The position numbers and the translations under genes are program-made. Source: Mayamaea pseudoterrestris (lineage: Eukaryota). From it: 64,000 nt of DNA. The notes below the pieces were generated by a model. The model had not been told where the DNA came from. It ran no database searches and saw nothing but the letters and a program-made list of their open reading frames with translations. Of the stretch, positions 22,034-30,217 are shown in pieces. The stretch spans positions 186,001 to 250,000 of the forward strand of contig BROI01000005.1 of the NCBI GenBank assembly GCA_027923505.1. Direction: 5' to 3'. The number at the start of each line of letters is the position of its first letter. Positions within the stretch are counted from its first letter, which is position 1.

Positions 22034-23824
22034 ATGACGGACCGGAAGGACGTAGAATACGACCCCGATGGTACCTTACTTGTAGCCCGCGGTAATGTCT
22101 CCATCAACGACAAGGAGGAGGATGAACAAGCCACCGAACAGCTCGCCAAGCTGCAGCAACAAGTCGAAAACGACCCAGCACTTCAATCCTTTCTATACAG
22201 CACGACGCAGCCCCAAGCTGCACAGGACCGCTTGAAAATGATGCAAATGGATGATCAGCGTCCAAATCTCTCCAATCTCTCCGATAAGCAGCGACGCGCC
22301 TTTTTGAAGCGATCCTTGTCCAAGAATACTGTCGTGGCCGCCAAACTGAAGCGACACGACACGAAACGTTTACAGGCTGCCATTGCAGCACGAGATGCAA
22401 GTCTAGTCTTTGCAGATTCCGTAGGTTACCTTCAAGCAGAGAATGACATGGAACGAACTACTGCCATGAAGCAGTCGCAGCTGAAGAAACACTTGGATCC
22501 CGAAACGGCGCAGCATATATACGATCTCAAGCTAGCCTGTCCACATGGACTTCAGTATGATCGCTCCGGTCGGTATTCACTGTTATACAGCACGGCGAGT
22601 ACGTCACGCGGCCATGTTGCCGTAATGGACAATTCCTTTCGCACGCTGCAAACCGAGTTTGTCGTGCAGGAGCGCATTCGCGATGCCTGCTTTTTGAACA
22701 ACTCCAAGCTCTTTGCTCTCGCGCAGCAGCAGCATGTATACATTTACGATGATACTGGAGCGGAGATTCACCGGCTGGCCTCTCACATTGATCCGCTGCA
22801 ACTGGAATACTTGCCGCATCATTGGTTACTGGCGAGTTTGGGGCGCGCCGGGCATTTGAAGTATACCGACACATCGACGGGTCAGCTTGTTTCGTCGCAC
22901 AGCGTTGGGGCGCATACGAATGTACTGCGACAGAATCCAAGTAATGCAGTCTTGGTCGCAGGACATGGCAATGGCAGCGTAAGTCTCTGGAGTCCATCGT
23001 CGAGCACGTATTTGGCCAAGGTCATGTGCCACAAGGGTTCGCCCGTCCTGTCATGCGCCATTGACGCAGCGGGACATTCGCTCGTGACGGGCGGCGCCGA
23101 TAAGCAAGTATCGGTGTGGGACTTGCGCATGATGAAGCTCCGACATTCCTACTACACGGCAGCTGGTGTTCCATGTAGTTTGGACATCTCGCAACGAAAC
23201 ATGCTAGCTATTGGTCACGCAGGTCATGTGACAATCTGGGGCGCCGACGCGTTGGAATCAAAGGTTCGGGATCCGTATCTGCACCACTTGGTACCCGGTG
23301 GTAGTCCAATCGAGACGGTCCGGTTCCGTCCCTTTGAAGATGTTTGCGGTGTAGGCCATGCCAATGGAATAACCTCCATGGTTGTCCCTGGTGCAGGTGA
23401 ACCAACATTTGACACGAACGAATATCATTTGAACCCGATGCAGAGCGTAAAGCAGCGACAGGAGCAAGAGGTCCGATCGTTAATGGATAAGCTAAGGCCC
23501 GATATGATTGGACTCGATCCGGATCAAGTCGGTGCCATGGAGGAGAGTGACCCGCATCGACGATTGGAACGGATTCAGCAGCTACAAGAGGAGGCAAATG
23601 CCAAGCCTCAAGCGAAGAAAAAGCAAAAGTCGAAGAAGAGAGGGCGCAGCAAGATTCAGACACAGCTGAGACGAAAGCAGGCCAATATAGTCGACCAGAA
23701 TGTCATGCAACTTCGACAGGCGCGAGAGAAGGAGAAGAGCGATGCAGAGGCGACAAGAAATGGTATCGAGCCCGAGCCGAGTCGAAAGGAAAGTGCTCCA
23801 GCGGCACTGAGACGCTTTTTCTGA
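22034..23824 (+). CDS. UTP7: U3 snoRNA-associated WD40 protein UTP7/WDR46 (BING4CT domain)
   Basis: LEYLPHHWLLAS, RQNPSNAVLVAGHGNGSVSLWSP, RFRPFEDVCGVGH, VVPGAGEPTFD, QEVRSLMDKLRPDMI and C-terminal ALRRF. Confidence 0.92.
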   Translation: MTDRKDVEYDPDGTLLVARGNVSINDKEEDEQATEQLAKLQQQVENDPALQSFLYSTTQPQAAQDRLKMMQMDDQRPNLSNLSDKQRRAFLKRSLSKNTVVAAKLKRHDTKRLQAAIAARDASLVFADSVGYLQAENDMERTTAMKQSQLKKHLDPETAQHIYDLKLACPHGLQYDRSGRYSLLYSTASTSRGHVAVMDNSFRTLQTEFVVQERIRDACFLNNSKLFALAQQQHVYIYDDTGAEIHRLASHIDPLQLEYLPHHWLLASLGRAGHLKYTDTSTGQLVSSHSVGAHTNVLRQNPSNAVLVAGHGNGSVSLWSPSSSTYLAKVMCHKGSPVLSCAIDAAGHSLVTGGADKQVSVWDLRMMKLRHSYYTAAGVPCSLDISQRNMLAIGHAGHVTIWGADALESKVRDPYLHHLVPGGSPIETVRFRPFEDVCGVGHANGITSMVVPGAGEPTFDTNEYHLNPMQSVKQRQEQEVRSLMDKLRPDMIGLDPDQVGAMEESDPHRRLERIQQLQEEANAKPQAKKKQKSKKRGRSKIQTQLRRKQANIVDQNVMQLRQAREKEKSDAEATRNGIEPEPSRKESAPAALRRFF

Positions 23825-24105
23825 TGAATTTACATGTATGAGTACCCTGCTAGCGCTACGCTTTACAGCTAATTATACATCTTGAGAACTAATGATGTAC
23901 AATAATATCGGTGTAGGTGCATCACCCTCTCCCATCAATGCGTACGGACATGGGCAGGCCAGGCTTGTCTCTTCGTCGACTGCTTGTTCATCGCGCGAAA
24001 CTTATTCAAGCGATCCTCTAACTGGCATCGCTTTAAAATAGTAAATCTTCTTGGACTCGACGCATATCGACTTTATGGTCGTCCACGATGACTATTTGCT
24101 TCTCG

Positions 24106-25818
24106 CTACTTGTACGGCCTTTCCTCATCGTGATTATCTAAAGGAGCCGCCGGCACAAGGGTCCAACAAGGCCCGCACTTGAGCCCCGCCTTGTTGTCGT
24201 TGATGCGTGTCGTAATCATGGCAGCTATGACGCTGCTTACCGTTCCCGCAATAAAGCATGCTGCAAGTCCCGAGACGGCATTGTTGCCCGAATAATCATT
24301 GTAATCGTCTCCAATGTACGTGTAAAGAAAGCCACTCCCAAGAGTTCCAAGCAGTCTACCGAGTGCATTGCTCATGTAGTATAACCCAACAGAAACTGCA
24401 ATCTTTTCCTTGCTGGCGTAATTGACGACGAGGAAGGAGTGAATGGACGAATTGACGGCAAAGATGACAGCGAAAGTAACGATGATCACGGTCATCCAAG
24501 CAATCATTTCAATTTCGTTTCCATTCACAAAACTTGGAGACCATAGCAACACTATGAATCCGACAAGGGTGGGAATGCAGTTGATGATTCCCCAAAACAC
24601 TTCCGTCATTTTGTTGGGCGGCGATTGACGCAACGGTCCCGTGGCAAACTGCGGCGTCCAAGACTGGACCTGACCGTACAATATGATATAGCCGCCAAGG
24701 AATGCGCCTACAACGACGCGCGACAAACCAAGACCACCGCAGCCGCCTCCAACGTTAATGTTTTGGCAGATCTCGTCAAAGCAAACGGCACCAGTCGATC
24801 CGCAGTCTCCATCCACTTGACATGCCAATTCACCCAGCCCCTCGCAAGGCGGACTGCGCAGAAAGAATGGCAGCGGCACTTCGAACCAAAAGTCGCGCGA
24901 CGCGAACAGAAAGAGTCGAGCAACACTCAGCAGCGTCAAGTTGGTGTTTTCAAACGTAAACACTTCCTTCCACGACGCATTCTTCGTCTTTGCAGTTCCA
25001 AGTCCCTTGTGGAGTCCCAGAATCGCCCACGGCATGGCGAGCAGTATCAGTCCCATCATACTCGCCAAGGCAGCTTCGTAGGAGACTTGAAGCAGCGCGC
25101 TACCCAAAAAGTAACCAACGCCCTTGAGACTATTCTTCCATCCCGTCAGCAGCGAAACTAGCTTGAAGAGTTTCGTCTCCTTTTCATCCGGCGTCACCAG
25201 CTTTGTCACCGTCTTGCCTCCCAGTTTCGTCAAGTCCTTGGCAATACCGGCAAACAATTGAGACATTGTCACGTAGATAATGGCCGTCCGTTGACTCCAA
25301 CTTTCGTTCCATCCGAACAAGAGTCCATAGCTAAAGAGCTGCAGCACCAATCCGCTTATCAACGTATACTTGATGCCCCAGCGCGCTCCGAGTATGCCAG
25401 CGGCAAGGTTCGTCACGACTCCGGCAAGTTCGTAGAGTGTAAACATGAATGCCACCTGCAGCGCCGAAAACGACTTGTTGTAGGCATGCAGCAAGACAAT
25501 CATGCGAATGGCGCCATCCGTAATCGTAAACAAGAGGTAGCTGGAGGATATAATGACAAATGGACGAAGAGCTTGTGACCTGGCAGCTTGGAAGAATGAC
25601 TCTTTTGGTGCCGAAGAAACTGCCGCGGTCGAGTCGGACGCGTCGGCGTGGAACGTTTCGAGCTTGCCGTTAACGTCAGCAGGAGCAGCTTCCATGCCAA
25701 GCCGTTCGTCGCGACGCAAGGAATCCATATATTCCTCCTTGACTTCTTCACACTCCTCTCCATGAGTTTCAATGGTCGTCATGACTTGTTGCAACTCGTT
25801 GTTGTTGATGTTGCTCAT
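24106..25818 (-). CDS. arsJ: ArsJ-like organoarsenical efflux MFS transporter
   Basis: YLLFTITDGAIRMIVLLH, FTLYELAGVVTNLAAGILGARWG, GIAKDLTKLGGKT, LTGWKNSLKGVGYFLG, ARLFLFASRDFWFEVPLPFFL, FAVNSSIHSFL and VGLYYMSNALGRLLGT match the bacterial ArsJ signature blocks as I recall them. Confidence 0.88.
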   Translation of the reverse strand: MSNINNNELQQVMTTIETHGEECEEVKEEYMDSLRRDERLGMEAAPADVNGKLETFHADASDSTAAVSSAPKESFFQAARSQALRPFVIISSSYLLFTITDGAIRMIVLLHAYNKSFSALQVAFMFTLYELAGVVTNLAAGILGARWGIKYTLISGLVLQLFSYGLLFGWNESWSQRTAIIYVTMSQLFAGIAKDLTKLGGKTVTKLVTPDEKETKLFKLVSLLTGWKNSLKGVGYFLGSALLQVSYEAALASMMGLILLAMPWAILGLHKGLGTAKTKNASWKEVFTFENTNLTLLSVARLFLFASRDFWFEVPLPFFLRSPPCEGLGELACQVDGDCGSTGAVCFDEICQNINVGGGCGGLGLSRVVVGAFLGGYIILYGQVQSWTPQFATGPLRQSPPNKMTEVFWGIINCIPTLVGFIVLLWSPSFVNGNEIEMIAWMTVIIVTFAVIFAVNSSIHSFLVVNYASKEKIAVSVGLYYMSNALGRLLGTLGSGFLYTYIGDDYNDYSGNNAVSGLAACFIAGTVSSVIAAMITTRINDNKAGLKCGPCWTLVPAAPLDNHDEERPYK

Positions 25819-26425
25819 GTCGCTGCAATTGTGTGTATCGTGCTATTGCTCTAAGTACAAGATTCGTCCGGAACGTTTGCGTCGCGCTGACGCGAGCAAG
25901 AGAATCCGCAGGTATGGAATCGAATGATGGTAATGACGCGCACGGCATTTTGAGGGAGGTTTCAGTGAAGTTACGTCGTCTGCCATGGTGGTGGAGGCGC
26001 AAACCTTTGTCTCGAGGTGGACCGGCGCATGAATCTGGAACGTCATGGCACGAATCTCAAATGCAAGTGCAATGTCGCACCGAGAACCGTTTGAATTGTA
26101 CTCTTCGATACACAGTGCTTGCCCGGCTTTTATGCGCGCCGGTCCTGCAATGCTCTGCTTCACAATTTCTTCCCTCAAACTTCCACCATGGGACGACAGC
26201 CACGCACGCTGCCAGAGGCAGCATCAACAATGTGATTCTTTTAGTATCTCAGGAGCCTTCTCAAGCCACACATTATTTTTGCAGACGAGGGGCTCAGGTA
26301 CGTGTGCGAAAGAGAGTGGCTCTGAAATTTGGTCATTCGCTCACACTGCACCTCACATCTTACATCTTTTTCCTTCACAAAGCTCAAACATCTTATCTCT
26401 AGTAAACCAGAAGTCATTTACCATC
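25819..26425. promoter_or_regulatory. Shared divergent promoter region of arsJ and the ArsJ-associated GAPDH, with YGAATCT elements
   Basis: 607 bp between the two ATGs; AAGATTCG 25859-25866 (reverse complement CGAATCTT), TGAATCTG 26030-26037 and CGAATCTC 26051-26058. Confidence 0.55.
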
Positions 26426-27565
26426 ATGCCAGTTAAATGTGCCGTCAATGGGTTCGGCCGCATTGGCCGCTTGACGTTTCGATACGTTTGGGACGATCCG
26501 GAGCTTGAGATTGTCCACGTCAACGATTTATGCAGCTGCGAAAGTGCCGCCTACCTGTTAAAGTACGACTCGGTGCATGGAACGTGGGACAAGGAAGTGG
26601 AGCAAGCCGAAAATAATGAAGATGCCTTTACTGTGGACGGCAAGTTGGTTACCTTTAGTCAATGCAAGGACTTTACCCAAGTCGACTACAAGGCCATGGG
26701 AGTTGAGCTTGTCATGGAATGCACTGGCAAGTTTCTCAAGGTTCAAGAACTCAACCAGTACTTTGACTGCGGCGTCAAGCAAGTCGTTGTGAGTGCTCCC
26801 GTCAAGGAAGACGGCGCGCTCAACATTGTGCTTGGTTGTAACGACCACAAGTTCACGACGGAGCACAAGCTCATCACCAACGCTTCCTGCACCACCAATT
26901 GCTTGGCTCCAGTCGTCAAGGTGATACACGAAACGTTTGGAATTGTCAAGGGATGCATCACGACCATTCATGATGTGACTGGAACGCAGTGCTTGGTGGA
27001 CATGCCCAATACCAAAAAGAGTGATTTGCGGCGGGCCCGCAGCGGCATGGTCAATCTTTGCCCGACTAGTACGGGAAGTGCCACTGCCATTGTCGAAATT
27101 TATCCCGAGCTCCGCGGCAAACTGAATGGACTAGCCGTTCGCGTTCCGTTGTTGAACGCAAGCTTGACCGACTGCGTGTTTGTGGTGAACCAAGACGTTA
27201 CCGTCGAGCAGGTGAATGAGGCACTCCAAAGGGCCAGCGAGTCGGGACCTCTCAAAGGCATTCTAGGTTACGAAGTCAAGCCGCTCGTATCGACGGACTA
27301 CACCAATGATACTCGCAGCGGCATTGTGGATGCCTTGTCGACGCAGGTGATTGACGGAAACATGGTCAAAATCTATGTGTACGTGGTGGTTGATTACTGG
27401 ATGGTGTGTTATGTAATACTTTGGTAGTAAACCCACTCATTTTTGTCTTTCATTGGTTGCAGCTGGTATGACAATGAAGCTGGGTATTCCAAACGCATGG
27501 CAGAGCTTTGCAACATTGCTGCTGCCAAGAACATTTCCGAGAAGGAACCATCGTTCAATGAGTAA
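26426..27565 (+). CDS. ArsJ-associated (Gap3-type) glyceraldehyde-3-phosphate dehydrogenase (intron 27379-27462)
   Basis: NGFGRIGR and catalytic ASCTTNCLAP. Subfamily-diagnostic TTIHDVTGTQ...DLRRARS...PTSTGSATAI and LNASLTDCVF replace the glycolytic TTVHA..TQ/STGAAKAV. Splicing restores KIYVWYDNE. Confidence 0.9.
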
Positions 27566-27667
27566 GAGATATCAAAAACATAAGCTGGCATGTAACGCTG
27601 CATCTATAGGCAATAACTAATATACATATGCAGTTTCTGTCTATAGTCTTGCTCCAAACCCTATTAG

Positions 27668-29863
27668 CTAATCGGAAAGATCTTCATGGATTCGTCCCTC
27701 GCTGACAATGTCCCGCAAACGCTGCGCAGCCGCTTCCTCGCTCATGTTGCCGATCTTTTTGAAAACCTCCAACAATTCTCGTTGCACAGCAGCGCCAAAG
27801 CTTCTTGCGCCCCCACAAACAAAAAGGTGGCCACCTTCTACAGTCAGCGAGTGATAAACTAGCTCCTGTCCATACTTCCGCATCGAGTCTGTAACTTGCT
27901 CGCACTTGCCACTCGAGCATCCCGTTGTGTACGTTATAAATGACTTGTTCACCGCTCCTAGTGCCTTGGCTTGATCCACCAAGTCTTGATAGACAGCATC
28001 GGCTGGGTTGCGAAAGCCAAGAAAGAGCAAGTGGTGCTTGTGCGTTCCAAACATGTTTGCCGCTTTGTTTCCACTCAATGTTGCGAACGCAATCCGCTCC
28101 TCCAAAAAGCCGCGAATCGGAGCCACGCCGCAGCCACCGGCAATCAAAATGACAGGAGTCGCTGGATCGTCTGGGAGGCGAAAGGTGGGGTTGGACTTGA
28201 TAGCGCCAACGAGATGGCTGGTGCCGCCAGTAAGGTTGGACATGTAGGACGTGCAGGTTCCGCGTCGGAGGGATCCTTGATTCGTTACATACTTGACTGG
28301 TCGGTACGTCAAGTAGAGCTCGTCCGGATGCAGCAAGGGTGTCGTGGCAATCGAGTAATATCGTCCCTGCATGGGTGGAAGGTTGTACAGCCAATCTTCC
28401 AAGGCAAGGTTCAATCCCTTTGTCGATGACATGGATAGCACCAGCTCCAACGCAGTCTTTCGAGGAATGGCAACCTCATTCTTGTAGTCAATGTCGGTTC
28501 TATCCAAAATTCGTTTGCAAAAGGACGGCGACGGAACAGCGCCAAGGTCGACGCAGTGACTCAGAGTTTCATACACTGAAATCTTGGTCGGATGCGGATA
28601 TCGCTTGTCGTTCGCATACACAATGACAGCGTGCGGATCAACATCAAGCACTTGGCAGAGAGCGTCCACCAAGAAGTCGGGATTGCGAGGAAAGATTTCA
28701 AAGTGATCGCCAGTCCCATAGGTCATGTTTGCTCCCAGCTCGATGCGAAGCTCGTGGAGCCCGTTGGATGCAGGATCCGAGTTGAGGGAATCATTGGCTT
28801 GCACCCGCAGCTCCTTGCAACCTTTTGGATAAAGTTCTGGTGCAACCTTCATAAGGTTCGTGCGTACGTAGGAAGTCAAGGGAGCTTGCAGCTGCAGTGG
28901 ATGTTTGGCCGACACTCGACGACGGCCATTTGACGACTTGGCTCCTGGGCAAAGGACTGTTTTCATTGCAGTCTCTTGTTGAGTAGCATTTGCCTCACTT
29001 TCACGTACACCCGCTGAAGCAACGATGCTAGGAGCTTGATCATGCGTATCGAGTGGCTCCTTGTCGATTGCAGTGGCACTGTTGTTACCATGCTTTAGCA
29101 AATTCAAAATTTGAGCCTGCCACTGATCAAAGTCGTCTTCGATGCAGTCGGCATCATTTCCCAAAGCCAGTGGCAAGACTCCAGATTCTCCCAATGCATG
29201 ATCCACAGTCTTGGCCACGGCATTGTAGTGGTTCGGATGGGCCGCCTGGTTGCCGAGTCCAAAGATGCAGTAGTGAAAGTTGCTGCTGCTGCTGTTGGTT
29301 TTCGTTGCATCGTCACTAGTTAGGTAACGAAACAAATCTCTTCCGTTATCGGGCGGCTCACCGACACCAGTCGTGGAACAAATCAAAATTGTCAGCGTCT
29401 CTGGGTCGCTGCCTTGCAGCAGCAAGTCTTGCGGCGCCACGGACGCCCATGGCGCCACATCTACCTGGAAATCGCCAAACGCATCCTGAATCGCGTCGCA
29501 TAGCTGCATGGAAAACATTTGGGCGGTTCCTCCCTGACTCGCAAAGCGAATGCGAATCTTGGTGAATGATGTACTACAAGATGGTATGGCGGCACTGACT
29601 GTTGACATGAAGCGAAAGTTGGAGAATGGTGCACATATGCGGAACGATGACTGAGCGAATGACTTGCACGTTGACAGAGTCCCTTCAATCGCACCAGTAG
29701 CCTTTGACAAGGAACGAAGCAAGACTTGAGGTCCTGCAGAAAGGCATGGGCGCATCATGGAGCAAGACGACAGGATTGACATTGCTCGTTGAGTCGAGGA
29801 AGCGACTCGACGTGTAGCTCCTCGAGTGACGCCGAGCGATGATGCAGGTCGAAGAATCATCAT
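27668..29863 (-). CDS. Diflavin (FMN/FAD) NAD(P)H oxidoreductase, CPR/NOS-reductase-like, with putative mitochondrial presequence
   Basis: FMN loop FASQGGTAQ, STTGVGEPPDNG and IFGLGN; FAD motif RYYSIAT and GTCTSYM; NAD(P) motif IAGGCGVAPIRGF and LFVCG. The N-terminus is Arg/Ser-rich and acid-poor. Confidence 0.85.
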   Translation of the reverse strand: MMILRPASSLGVTRGATRRVASSTQRAMSILSSCSMMRPCLSAGPQVLLRSLSKATGAIEGTLSTCKSFAQSSFRICAPFSNFRFMSTVSAAIPSCSTSFTKIRIRFASQGGTAQMFSMQLCDAIQDAFGDFQVDVAPWASVAPQDLLLQGSDPETLTILICSTTGVGEPPDNGRDLFRYLTSDDATKTNSSSSNFHYCIFGLGNQAAHPNHYNAVAKTVDHALGESGVLPLALGNDADCIEDDFDQWQAQILNLLKHGNNSATAIDKEPLDTHDQAPSIVASAGVRESEANATQQETAMKTVLCPGAKSSNGRRRVSAKHPLQLQAPLTSYVRTNLMKVAPELYPKGCKELRVQANDSLNSDPASNGLHELRIELGANMTYGTGDHFEIFPRNPDFLVDALCQVLDVDPHAVIVYANDKRYPHPTKISVYETLSHCVDLGAVPSPSFCKRILDRTDIDYKNEVAIPRKTALELVLSMSSTKGLNLALEDWLYNLPPMQGRYYSIATTPLLHPDELYLTYRPVKYVTNQGSLRRGTCTSYMSNLTGGTSHLVGAIKSNPTFRLPDDPATPVILIAGGCGVAPIRGFLEERIAFATLSGNKAANMFGTHKHHLLFLGFRNPADAVYQDLVDQAKALGAVNKSFITYTTGCSSGKCEQVTDSMRKYGQELVYHSLTVEGGHLFVCGGARSFGAAVQRELLEVFKKIGNMSEEAAAQRLRDIVSEGRIHEDLSD

Positions 29864-30217
29864 GATTAACTTTTTTAAAGCAAATTGCTGCTTGATATCA
29901 GAGTAGAGTCTTTTATGACTACTCCATGTCTTTGACAGTAAAAAGGTGCCGGTAGTTGTGTTATGAACGAGAAGAGCTTCGCGTTCAAAATGGATCGCGA
30001 TCTTCATCGTCCTGCTAAATCTGTGAACGAAAGCGAAGTGTCGTTACGGTACTCCGATGTCCGTGCGGTACACATTATTTAAATATCTAGGTCACAACGG
30101 TAATCAACGGAGCCGGCTGTCACACGACGACGATGGAAGACGCACCAACACCATTTGCGATGATGATGGCAATACCATGGCAGGCTACAAAACCAATAGT
30201 GATTCTGCAATAACAGC

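Noticed and set aside
26045..26425. 127-aa N-terminal extension of GAPDH shown in the ORF track
   Set aside because: It has no clear targeting signature and overlaps the candidate promoter motifs and a possible 5' UTR intron (GT at 26298). ATG 26426 matches the usual GAPDH start.
24106..27565. Bacterial contaminant or chimeric assembly
   Set aside because: The GAPDH has a spliceosomal intron, the arrangement is divergent rather than operonic, ArsJ has eukaryote-style extensions, and the composition looks like the flanks.
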